DNA from: a virus
Taxonomy: Duplodnaviria; Caudoviricetes
Virus record (IMG/VR): IMGVR_UViG_3300021375_000031
Span: 1 to 57,275 of that record
Strand: one strand, 5' to 3'
Length of the DNA stretch: 57,275 nt
The notes under the pieces are model-generated. The model made no database searches and was not told the origin of the DNA. It was given only the letters and a program-made list of their open reading frames with translations. This document shows, in pieces, positions 49,701-54,620 of the stretch. Numbering within the stretch: the first letter of the stretch is position 1; the number at the start of each line of letters is the position of its first letter. Both the position numbers and the translations under genes were made by a program.

Positions 49701-51730
49701 GGAAACTGTATAGAGAAGGAGATACATCAAGTCAAATTAGTGCTACAATAATTAACAAGATGATTGATAGTTTATGTGGTTACGACAGCAATAATAAAGT
49801 TGTACCAGATCCAGGATTAAACGAATTTGAAAAATACGGTTTAAGTATTAGACCAAAACAAACAATGTTTAAAGACTTGAAAGCGGCTAGACGTGTATTT
49901 GTAGAATTTATTAATAGAGAAGCATACAATACTGAACTAACTGATTCGAAATATAAGAATTGGAATGCAGATATCACAGATGATACTTACTTAGAGATTA
50001 TAGATTGGATTAAGCCTAAGTTCGATAAAACTAAAAAGCCAAGATATGTACTTAACCAGTTTAAGAAATTAAACTTTGCAGGTGAATTAAGTGACGGCGA
50101 TGTTGTAAGAGTTGATAATAAGAAAGATGCTTGGAAAGATTACGAATGGAGCCAAGCAAATCAACAGTTTACTCACGTAAGAACTTATAATGCAAGTTAT
50201 AAATTAAAAGATGTGGTGTTTACTAGTAACAATACTTTAGCACTTGCTACAAAACTTAGAGTAATAGTTAATGCAATATTTAATAAATTGTACATACAAG
50301 AGAATTCAGTTAAGACTAACGAGTTGTTCTTTGCATTATTACATTATGTAAACACTGAGCAAGACGAAACTAATTGGGCATTTAAAACAAGTTACTTCAA
50401 CATCAAACAAGGTGCTGATGAACTTAGTCAAACTTATATTTCAAAAGCAGATGCTTTCCCTAACGTAACTGAATTTGTAAATGAACAAAAACCATTTACA
50501 AGTAAGTTAAGAGATTTCCAAGATGTTAAGAGTATTAGCGGAGAGATTATAAGGAACAGCAGTACAGACTTTGATAAACCACCGTACCAGCCTAATCCAA
50601 ATAATGATTCTATTGTGTTAGACGTAGATAACGTAACACATTCAAACATTATGCTAACAGATCCAGACTACAAGTTTTGGATCAGTAACTTTAACAAAGC
50701 AGACAGCAAAGTTAGAACATTTAACCAAACTATTAATATAGATAGAACAAGTTTTGTAATTAGCGAAGCAAGAAAAACAGAATTACTTGGAGGATTTACT
50801 CCAACAAATGCCGCAGAAAGAATATTCTTATATGATGTAGACGTTGCTAAACTGAATACTGCTATAGCAAACTCAGGTAACATTTATAGTGCGGCAAGTA
50901 TTACAGCATTCAAGATTGAAAGAGATGCTTTAATTAAAACTAAAGTAGGCGCAGACTTTAACGGATTAGATTTAGATGCTGGCAAGTTTGTAGATAATAT
51001 TATTAATGCAGGCGGTGACGATGCCTTAGTAGCAGTACTAGGCTGGGATAGTGCACCATATGATATTGGAGACTTTGACCAAATAATAGAAATTGAAAAC
51101 TATGACGGAGTGTTTGGAAACAACGGCAACTTAACTATTGCTGGAGTCAAATACGAAGGCTTAGGCGGAACATCATTTACTAAGATTAACGGTCCTGATA
51201 GACCAGAAGAATTAATAATGGTTGATCCAAAAGAAAACTTAATTATTAATGTTGACACATTCTCTAACAGTAGTGTGTCTGCAACAAGTACTAAAACAGT
51301 TAGTTATAGAGCACATATAGATATGTTTGGTAAAACAAACTATTACAGATTGGGTAGTGCAAACAGCACAACAATTAGTGCAAACATAACTTCAAATGAT
51401 AAAGATATTTCAGTAAGCAGTACAACAATGTTTGGTCCTGTTTCCCCAGGAAATCCAGGATACGCATTTATTAATGATGAAATGATTAAGGTAACAAGAA
51501 TAGATGGTAACACATTGGTTGGCGTACAACGTGGATTAAATGGTACAACTATTGGCGTTCATACAACTAACGATAAGATATATAACGCAAATAGTAGTGT
51601 AACATTAAATCAAGAAAATGTCAATGCAAACGTGTTGCTTTGGAACACAAATATAACTGATACTACAAATAGTAACCCAGGTGCAGTCTTTTTACAAGGC
51701 GACGATAACCCAGGAGGGTATATTTCCTAG
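31793..51730 (+). CDS. Giant (6645 aa) baseplate wedge/structural protein, gp7-like, with ~3900-aa multidomain insertion
   Basis: TAATG-coupled to gp6. N-terminal LLP.QFQ...NK.F, PPIDIDKFVNYQNYFW, NPWSR.N.W.H; C-terminal GELWWD, W..W.PG...DVYEW, YYYWVK, W.FKTS, KPF.SK.R. Confidence 0.75.
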   Translation: MSNKPYDLLPIQFQSETNKTFFENTVDQLFKKANTEIVDGLIGRKIPGTDSPERADFIEHNDTGRNFYTLEPTYTSTEPVSGTPGNFVFYEDLLFSLKSYNAFVNNHNRLFKSKQFTYSPPIDIDKFVNYQNYFWIPENLDIVKIYGSADSTINIDNIPGSKTFVAPNGTELLNGSFVQFTGTHVSGSTYLKDTTYQVEGVGHHIRLLVPNTKDKISAYATFDSIAFDADWDGIGNFSGAGLTYDADNINPTLYSFDNQPYDAVSNQREADYLLQQRGAKNHNPWSRLNYWYHIQTIQQSRIVSTQVPNPWDVSSYDTTSFDYEFVEGQAIGSIPANAIRATRPIIEFNRDLELYNYGIDFNNYVDVVINEPKNQIDDKLPMGNPINGTTSAVGKKAIFTANEQGATIYDIVDTGTGNVSFTANSSITISTGDTFLIQEGADIGAEYYYNGSKWTKAQFKNKVNLAPKFKLYDDAGVSLDDSTTYPSSTFKGNELFSYKTNSLNANDSILNFAIDRRSGQYSSDMLFENDISKDIYNYVPTGSTIKSVIPGYYYAKDLTYDFNGNRNDRYLHSWMPNDVPSFYLTFDVSRNYKAGQTVSYKKQFFTAKADITAGNFDITEWDIEAEKFSVQVVRDEYFITEANKTTKRFDISATPINEQVDVFVNQRKLAKGTDFTVVTSQNGILFTSTPALGSLVTIKTTTNSDVDLTKQGRFEIPSALSHNVENKSITEFTTSDVLSHYLGLIEDQPTFKGNALGINNYTNSERIHTGNNAKIRQTFSDLPTAMLLSRGSVLNLIEALRYSEVEYNKFKNRLKGKIKNYVTNNTIQGKTDAQIFEDVYSELIATRTNDTAFNRTYMLPWGTEYEEKEFTANTTTTFTTTVSANLEQMNNFVSVYKNNELQTIGTDYTVTSSVPVIVSMTSVAANDKIKIRAYQDSSPSNIPFTPSALGLYAVKEPGFITDTSYTANLDVICGHDGSYTTKENNKVDDIILHYEKLVYNSIPQSVRDRDTISKYLTIDNVKPSYFANTDFKKKEIDSVLFNGFSRWVSQNNVDFVTNSTVDSADPFTWNYGELGHWRNIFEYYYDTQTPNTTPWEMFGFDSMPTWWVTYYGSATVTSNSTSFWTNVSTGFIPEGERQGYHPRYKRESILSMLPVDTNGNLVAPNVSIASGVTSTSDVIYESWSFGDSGPAETAWKRSSAYPYAVVTALFLTRPGEFVKYYLDPDQILEPTVLPQQLVDKTTKKRISHSKITVHGGLEADNTTRILKIGFSPILDSWVSSQGLDTHVQVQQTIQNTDVKLGHKHSGFVNLNDIKLYSDKLSIDGFSTGEKVPSEDVYTGLHTSGVIARNYYTGVKITRTANGYQVNGYDKSNNVFNILESDVNGGSVGIDVGGTPIIPAIFSISGTYNQNDIISYNGNFYKANNNLEPADFDFANWTQVSDLPKENVRTGKYYNNTTGKVKQITYGHTFPDIDSTFDFLISLGRHQEKLGFDFGDYNESIGDVGNWIYTAKQFLFWVDSNPAVGTITAFSPMAEKLMFESAIGTVNQINKFTKGIPSFIDADGSVLNPKQCGITRSGRQITITPPQGKSIYGVLLLTSVTEHATVINNKSVFNDTINNDIYSIRQERLRLKTQISREWDGSLNAPGYIITPSQVLPNFENLVEATRNYHQMFSTPTLPIKRILSRSLFGYNDSEYLNNLGIEEDEQVELMKGAIRAKGTVAGLDRILRSDSINTNKDFTVYEEWAIKQGAFGDISSNKSFDLIINKKDFVRDQQLLELKFPESVTGIVSAINIVEKKTQYFAPPIIEVDKPPVPPSGLSGEGNGRALASATLALDGTLGNISVDYKGFNYDNAPNVTVITGNLYVSKIDEVLTNGLAMSSSLVPQPFSNVGLSNLVVTDHTNGGTITTNVAATTSLSNLVTAFNIQASAISNANVIAATEFTNSVGPMFLKLTGSDFTVADDDSGTTLSYLNIAAGRYQPKQKFKIEVANNTTIDNIVTSIDNTIVNQSYYSYMDSSRHTVPSNVTLYTNYVSNDSFTIKRTFNNLAQNLTTSGGNYDYISAYIDGTKITNDADYTRLTVSNASGLAELVFSNISTLVNYTTSSQVIIVEEASITFDTSLTTDVPGSNVEVKVESDDRLVAVPGTTRTYAISKDDPNDNVVTIDIDDKNRFVKRPTTEDLNVKLYPASKFNKDSTLIKNSGFVHKDNVSIQVFDINHFDQEVSANTKIVLRGNDVVHMAKGEHENFDVYQLRSLKNETGFNNFYINQVTEGTSKLFSPVSLQDFNDSNVINDPENKTFYDNTLYIKNSQLPNAVVKYTNEQLVLDNKSIYRGTYNPPPTTQGLVTRIKPNKTANVVGVYPDITSEFKLVSLRLNNINGDATIASNVAIAANVDGQNNVAIGINKIDGVQDTSLIRFYGDDLAATGISNGATKVYSVQSVVYDKDSFTILEPNASVLVGQVTSLGNINIRSTETVTATSSLVAGTYPVSLTQISSDGAGTGLSASVVVGGASSVTSITVTTAGQNYLFDEEIKIPETALGGSDANIFVFANITGTKDNSTVIRDQANVYAVISNPIQGGSNAQPTGFSFSNKRVKFLVDEIDDFANSADVNVSQGKNDTSMSMVDAYGDYTIADVNAVAKTFSVTSNNIRFKDVSVSRAITNSKLVSITANGDGTGNAEMTLNTVMPTNTFIKLDSGKSNATYPVWKNTNNNKKLHFYDNNFVTTVSGNTAFYKGEVTTQYAIVNSYDAGNNKFILANVSTTALGTSYANAEFVHADIVNGKGECGDIVGLTGKRKSLTIESASTMSLPDSSAVDITPSFSVNAVNDTTVSANSNVTVLYFPQNDAQNTVDQLIDDFATTQQKTAEIEAVPYSQAYMTTANTENPSVELLLDGQAGKLTSIDDIVLGFNIKYLDEETDKAFKEELKEATGEQTRRIIENYYINKAKDIDQPSLENLTISLQKVGGNDVGYHLIKDGSPIKVNSESNKQVIAGLQKSATDGLVFDEMGVGGYKLSPTAPTEKEIKLSFSDDYKEPKTSNSDLLEYVDTVPRINPTVSTSIVDRFKLKDIATTTQSGAVNRLGVANDIKLTELVRRVKNGNRGFDGQFVVKFEFKNGDSFTYDPLSNEFSGYRNAIVRINHVKVNYSVTSNDPGLVNDVRVSLYDPSGNISIPNTRVKEAFASGIIIEDSIPADDVTGNLKAVIWSKDSETGDFIFASSFSERAFRPSEADKGVTVGKLVSSDSTAVDIYNNFHTAVVLNNNRAHNIESMALRIKNPTSYDPFKIFGADLTPSSLKYLAVRNSKYTIENAVMPKLKLKTQSITDDVFMFGDAKGINNGDKVNFDDLLFSGASPFDTSGGFTISDLESDKFTISGITTTAFADYYATSLTSLNMLVKNSNSKAFLINHNNHNLQNGDIVVMNDTSGTSAFSNVKFKINNVTSKDTYFVGLNGTTPPTSNIAGLKAFTTTPQMMFGTVKANLESLVVYSNNHKMLSGMTFTAYADSPDPASLNGQTLTVNEAYSQDAFSVKVANISAVTNNSANLTYVSDGTKLVCSYLGRNLPVHDQEFMVYDPLNELGLDGEMLTANVYYSDTEDTTAVEGDVSFDLATPIARTINANTLILKHYEDSVLHVPSHGMFQHTVSIPVLSTGTPDANNNVSITVNDLTYFEVGSTVLFDDANVDHPLSSNSYDIIDINESNNTFIIVDATGTATATANIFRVETDAYITNSERVIQIGDTSLYDGFANPKIVTKDTMSIKGRFKGTATGYITNDAMTVFVNGDVNELNGDALVISDCPQNYYNRVYPVLSSYTEDQSANIFVVRGFAQNNLTLELANTQTRYTNTNKNRITVNGTSINLANTDSMTNFVKSFNQSVIDREGAIVDSEDGLQVAFLYGRRNQEFDNSNSKYVNAPVDTSGLKVQVDVNANPNMNPGGDDVLSANRYLPLDSQIINAKGPASKIGMPMLDLDRLEGAFKSQRKAYKNKKRIPTERISSNALDNNAKNSMVLKEHDKWVNGYVQNSDVTENPDARQPLSFKIKTYNKVAKQDYFIDDTETSNEYASSPIKFGGDAGNNKAMQRFGQSNGWYDWENHTYMQYNGHGEPGFFGVGDNEYRGGGGGGNGGGGGRNGTGNNGNGNTGGNNGANNGAGTVAGNEVDVTVNQQYVVELAGNLCTQSGEILEFSDGTQVTLGEGCDPEQLAALLASQNPNYTYITTNTTPQEPCVETPAQAMGHAKVDARFKDALKRYGGDNQRGASRPTYRADVKDFGVITSKAASRHSWNEWDVRNFVETVKNIANAEGIDINRFPTSYGKDKYFSTGKGGVWIEWEGTHRSEIQILGSSGLWKRKGTMGYKGISKSRGYMFFRNPRGMLNDQDFAGAVMGWKIHQKSYNVGYNKYTLYIGGAGQPVVSIPLFKSNYFQSGGGDGSSYMRRFVRERFDAGTGTYIVSVSGSQAPGFRQNSIIHEYPRATKTNNCPPPQEPGAGGNNGLQQVGARNINSSIKIKSDLPFSLAKGCAFGSISECAEFYPVQERNLTTNFDPQQAKTEFQKLQTQGFYDKTLEISADSEDPRPEAGYGGFTFPTKLGLPSVFPDFVAGGRLISPREITNTKHKFINGRFVGSTNKRDSRFVMLEPPEIPTGNLSDGSGFGYRVGDQVVATGGRPKSVQDDDYMFQSVDLNESIPLRSIALSQDLVDLPIDQLKRRLTFEVVDENSNPIPGVAIKPTFNSVHNAEDFEEAQHDKTMISPNGVAVMNYRDYIYAGGDTSADWDSPAYAGVREQYRNLGLSDIASANFRLDVGEGNATTMTIDNISGQSKNYEVFIGNADLQSSYCMIGKVGYGHLFDDGSEASQSARMKSFDSAYLETYDGNTIAVWDTQGQPALETLLQNTPKGAEGIWKMVGDYSNNPDLDKKEHLLTVAMINWNSRYVQFLGFKDHRAYFKMLTIGTVIPTSEARNGWYEYDVKNLYDPKNKSFRKVTSRFYAMPLGSSTDGANQGHKKYSHTSNSGGVVTLDKIRTFTETARTTHLENINANPTASTYDAETGVTTVDPSSDNSFTINNTIRTMHLTISAGTDVSRDSEQLDVMFIENDNYLNVLRIPVTVHKATAEKTAKQIADDYNKIGLKQYLTIFNKGTGTKIGESKAVVYTFSTSHIPDGAKITDVKLNIQWKSKDPSEWGMVWLQAPDGTRLPVLQPLGEGAIDSTGTTTGMFGSDHQGGIFKGYEITERSAGKYHNFTISGGVADNNVFKPTAETFPVDGRNISPIQGKHKRYYRAKDRHGFIGTVDYDRPNTVANTIWQAENIIREYIRQYDKNAKGEWRVEITRPGRNWDDWKYEQPITKRDAAGNETFEYGPEDVNEIFAPRLKVSYAVFGEGEAPTSVANSDEAITGLEITNQGIYTQSEIQTFGAMSVRSTGVMVPGSMLSGARVRIEKGNELDKSVRNRTAKFVVTGVNSLGSITKLRITDRGTYINFPPEMERGVSLKYDDDFAKGLAGTRPEGLGYGGRVAMTSRSKINCQNNPPIFPAPGDNIGTLEPIADAIADGINGASRGNAGIQAFSYDVNPSVSVLNIVTPDDGMEFVALNGGFNPWNFPEGEIDPDLVGVRALDDFNNSIDDVNNLSQFGNLIDPTTGLSIERLRELGILDDDDGSDNGKDGFTLINVTDAPTITGLEQVTTTNMYSYDLYTLDNTSVDVTGTTANLDPMYFKSVLFKDDIVMDRNNANVWVTNFQNAGSVYYENGNIAFRENDLVESKRMEKAVIYDLDDNTTIKELEYIDPFKDAISSQAKINLTYITESDPVVYQNNGSNFTNNNTGELWWDTSTCRSLWYEQGNVTYRSRNWGKWHPGSSFDVYEWTRSPFSPSDYVRNGGDGTPRNNTDFLLVKEFNLSNNAYQNVYYYWVKDVKTVPALDDRTMSARSVALQIEDPISLGLPFYAPVSNTTIMVQNTKRFIKDDKVAFQMNYSVKDTKYDKKHTEWKLYREGDTSSQISATIINKMIDSLCGYDSNNKVVPDPGLNEFEKYGLSIRPKQTMFKDLKAARRVFVEFINREAYNTELTDSKYKNWNADITDDTYLEIIDWIKPKFDKTKKPRYVLNQFKKLNFAGELSDGDVVRVDNKKDAWKDYEWSQANQQFTHVRTYNASYKLKDVVFTSNNTLALATKLRVIVNAIFNKLYIQENSVKTNELFFALLHYVNTEQDETNWAFKTSYFNIKQGADELSQTYISKADAFPNVTEFVNEQKPFTSKLRDFQDVKSISGEIIRNSSTDFDKPPYQPNPNNDSIVLDVDNVTHSNIMLTDPDYKFWISNFNKADSKVRTFNQTINIDRTSFVISEARKTELLGGFTPTNAAERIFLYDVDVAKLNTAIANSGNIYSAASITAFKIERDALIKTKVGADFNGLDLDAGKFVDNIINAGGDDALVAVLGWDSAPYDIGDFDQIIEIENYDGVFGNNGNLTIAGVKYEGLGGTSFTKINGPDRPEELIMVDPKENLIINVDTFSNSSVSATSTKTVSYRAHIDMFGKTNYYRLGSANSTTISANITSNDKDISVSSTTMFGPVSPGNPGYAFINDEMIKVTRIDGNTLVGVQRGLNGTTIGVHTTNDKIYNANSSVTLNQENVNANVLLWNTNITDTTNSNPGAVFLQGDDNPGGYIS

Positions 51731-51741
51731 TATTATAGTTA

Positions 51742-51763
51742 GTTTTAATAGAAAAGATAAATA
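51742..51763 (+). promoter_or_regulatory. GTTTTAAT half-site plus late promoter GATAAATA (51756-51763), 5 nt before the ATG
   Basis: Same GTTTT-N9-GATAAATA geometry as at 17013 and 26965. Confidence 0.7.
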
Positions 51764-51768
51764 TAGAT

Positions 51769-52398
51769 ATGTACGATAAAGATGATAACACTAATAAAGA
51801 GACCGACGTAATGAAGGACGAAACTAATATGAATGTGTCAGGACATATTCTTATCAGAGATAAAGAGACAGGTGAGGAATTAGTGAATAAAAGAAATGCT
51901 ATTCACTATGGAAATTTAGGTGCTCTTATTGCCGCAGGTTTACAGAATCAAAGTAATAAAATTATTCATTTTATGGCTTTTGGTAATGGTGGTAGTAGTG
52001 TAGATAGTAGTGGAACAGTTTTGTATAAAGCACCAAATACAAGTGAATCAACAGAACCCACAGCATCATTGTTCAATGAAACATTTAGTAAAGTTGTTAG
52101 TAGCACAAGTTCTAACAATGACACAGCAAACAATAAAATTGAACTTACATCAGGTACAAATTATACAGATTTAAAAATAACCTGTACATTAGGATTGAGT
52201 GAGCCTAGTGGACAAGAAAATTTTGATACGGCAACGAATCAAAACAGTAATTTTATCTTTGACGAATTAGGATTAAAAGGCTTTGCAACGTCTTCCAACA
52301 ATGCAGAACTTTTAACTCACGTAATTTTTCACCCAGTACAAAAAAGTTTGAACAGGGTTATAGAGATAGTATACACAGTTAGGATTCAACTGTCGTAA
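51769..52398 (+). CDS. Baseplate wedge protein (gp8-like position)
   Basis: GHILIRD..TGE.LV.K.NAIHY, FIFDELGL, LLTHVIFHPVQKS.NR.IEI.YT. Confidence 0.65.
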   Translation: MYDKDDNTNKETDVMKDETNMNVSGHILIRDKETGEELVNKRNAIHYGNLGALIAAGLQNQSNKIIHFMAFGNGGSSVDSSGTVLYKAPNTSESTEPTASLFNETFSKVVSSTSSNNDTANNKIELTSGTNYTDLKITCTLGLSEPSGQENFDTATNQNSNFIFDELGLKGFATSSNNAELLTHVIFHPVQKSLNRVIEIVYTVRIQLS

Positions 52399-52404
52399 TA
52401 AATA
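52397..52404 (+). promoter_or_regulatory. Late promoter variant AATAAATA
   Basis: Overlaps the upstream stop; GAGG RBS and ATG 52426 follow. Confidence 0.5.
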
Positions 52405-52425
52405 GTTTAGAGGAATAAAAAGAAA

Positions 52426-54576
52426 ATGGCATATACAGTATCAACGACAAGTGGCACAAGTGTTACAGTTGCAGACGGTGTAGTTGACACTACTAATTAT
52501 AGTCTTTCCTTAGTAGGTAAGAACGTTAGTGGTTACGGACAATATTTTGTTCAAAATTCAATTAGACACTTAGAGAACTTTGCAAACAGCACCGCCCCTA
52601 GTCCAACAAATAAATTAACTGGACAATTATGGTATGACACATCATCTAGTCAGATGAGAGTATACAATGGAAGTAGTTGGATCAGACTTACCCCAGGCGT
52701 TAGTGCTTCAGCACCAGCAGATGGATTCCAATCAGGTACTATGTACTTTGATACAACCGATGACAAATTAAAAATTTACAATGGAACAAGTTTTGTAGAT
52801 ACTAGTTATGCAGGTGAAGTATCAGATGCATACAGTAGCACATACGGAACAGCAGGTGGAACTAAGTTAAGAAATATTTTCTTAAATGCTACAGCAGGTG
52901 GCCCTTATCCTGTTACTGCTTTAGTAAGTGTGAACCAAACAGAAAGTTCAGGTGACGGCACAGGGTCTATACCAAGTGGTGAAACTATTATGGCTATATT
53001 CAGTGATTATGAATTTACAGCCGCAGATAGTGTTTCATCATCAATGGGCGACAACATTAATTGGCACGACCAATTAACTGCTTCAAATGGTATTGGTTCT
53101 ACAATTAAGAAAGGTCTTAATCTAAGAGACGAATATGCTAACACTTCAATTGCTTTAGCAGACAGAGCCTATAGAGCAGACGCAGTTACAGGCAACATTA
53201 TTGTTGGTGCTAGTAACGTGTCTCTTTCAGCACTTGTACAAACAGGTGGTAGTTTTGTTCCAGCAACAGATGTTACTTACGATTTAGGTAACAGCACAAA
53301 TAGATTTAGCCAAACTTGGTCACAATACGTTAATGTAGGAAATGGATCTAATGGTTTCATTAGAGCATATGGTGACTTAGCAATTGGTAATTCCACAACA
53401 AGAGTTAATACATTTCACTCAACAAATGCAGATATTAACACTCTAACTGTGAACACCGGAGCAACAATAAGTGCTCCTTTAGGTGTTACAGGAACATTAA
53501 CAGCATCAGGTAACTTAACAGTCGCAGGTACAACTACTCTAAACGGTAGTACAACGATTGGTAACGCAAGTACTGATACAGTTTCATTTGGTGGATTATT
53601 GGCAAGTCCAATTATTCCTGATACTGATGTTACTTACTCATTGGGTAATACTAATAACAAATTTAGTATTGTATATGCTAATCAGTTCCAAGGAGATGTA
53701 ACAGGTGATGTAACAGGTAATGTTTCAGGTAGTGCAGGTAGTTCAGCAACAGTGAACACTATTACTAGTGGAAACAATAGCACACATTATCTAACTTTTG
53801 TAAACAGTGACAATGGTTCATCAACAGCAGAAGTTATTAATACAGATGCAGGTATCAGTTACAATCCAAGTACAAATATTTTAACTGTGGCAGGTTCAAC
53901 TGCTTCAGACTTAACTGGTGATGTAACAGGTTCTATCTCAGGTGGAACAGTTGCAGGTAGTAGTGTAACAGCAAGTGGTACTGTAACAGGTGCAACTTTA
54001 ACTGATGGTACAGCAAGTATTAACAGTGGTCAAATTACAGGTGGTGTTACAGCAACATTCAGTGGTGCAGTACAAGGTGGTACATTAACAGATGGCACTA
54101 TGTCAATTAGCAGTGGTGTACTAACAGGTGGTGTTACAGGTGACTTTAGTGGTGATGTAACAGCAGTAAACTTTAATGGTGTTGCAACTTCCGCCAAGTA
54201 TGCGGATATGGCTGAGATATATTCAGCAGATGCAGATTATGAAGCAGGTACAGTAGTTAAAATTGGTGGCGAAGCAGAGATTACACAAACAACAGAACAC
54301 GCAGATGCAGATGTGTTCGGTGTTATATCAACTAATCCAGCATACTTAATGAACTCAGAAGCAGAAGGTTTACCAGTAGCATTAGCAGGACGTGTTCCAG
54401 TTAAAGTTGTAGGTAAAGTTGCTAAAGGAGAACGTTTAGTTGCTAGTGATGAGCCAGGAATGGCTTGGGCATTAGGTTCAGATGATTATGATACAAGAGC
54501 AATTATAGGCAGAAGTTTAGAAGATAAAGACGACGGTGGCATTGGCTTAGTAGAAGCGGTTATCGGAGTCAAGTAA
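52426..54576 (+). CDS. Baseplate-attached fibre/tail pin protein with C-terminal peptidase G2-like autocleavage chaperone domain
   Basis: N-terminal SL.LVGKN..GYG......HLENFA and GQLWYD; G/T-rich GDVTG repeats; C-terminal YADMAE..., FGVISTNPAYLMN, VALAGRVPVKV. Confidence 0.7.
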   Translation: MAYTVSTTSGTSVTVADGVVDTTNYSLSLVGKNVSGYGQYFVQNSIRHLENFANSTAPSPTNKLTGQLWYDTSSSQMRVYNGSSWIRLTPGVSASAPADGFQSGTMYFDTTDDKLKIYNGTSFVDTSYAGEVSDAYSSTYGTAGGTKLRNIFLNATAGGPYPVTALVSVNQTESSGDGTGSIPSGETIMAIFSDYEFTAADSVSSSMGDNINWHDQLTASNGIGSTIKKGLNLRDEYANTSIALADRAYRADAVTGNIIVGASNVSLSALVQTGGSFVPATDVTYDLGNSTNRFSQTWSQYVNVGNGSNGFIRAYGDLAIGNSTTRVNTFHSTNADINTLTVNTGATISAPLGVTGTLTASGNLTVAGTTTLNGSTTIGNASTDTVSFGGLLASPIIPDTDVTYSLGNTNNKFSIVYANQFQGDVTGDVTGNVSGSAGSSATVNTITSGNNSTHYLTFVNSDNGSSTAEVINTDAGISYNPSTNILTVAGSTASDLTGDVTGSISGGTVAGSSVTASGTVTGATLTDGTASINSGQITGGVTATFSGAVQGGTLTDGTMSISSGVLTGGVTGDFSGDVTAVNFNGVATSAKYADMAEIYSADADYEAGTVVKIGGEAEITQTTEHADADVFGVISTNPAYLMNSEAEGLPVALAGRVPVKVVGKVAKGERLVASDEPGMAWALGSDDYDTRAIIGRSLEDKDDGGIGLVEAVIGVK

Positions 54577-54585
54577 ACAATTTAA

Positions 54586-54593
54586 GATAAATA
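54586..54593 (+). promoter_or_regulatory. Late promoter GATAAATA
   Basis: Intergenic, followed by AGGAG RBS and ATG 54621. Confidence 0.7.
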
Positions 54594-54620
54594 AGTGTAT
54601 ATACTTTGTAGGAGATAAGA

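Noticed and set aside
31793-51730. Intein or diversity-generating retroelement target in the giant ORF
   Set aside because: No intein splice-junction or LAGLIDADG motifs noticed; no reverse transcriptase or template/variable repeat pair seen in the window.
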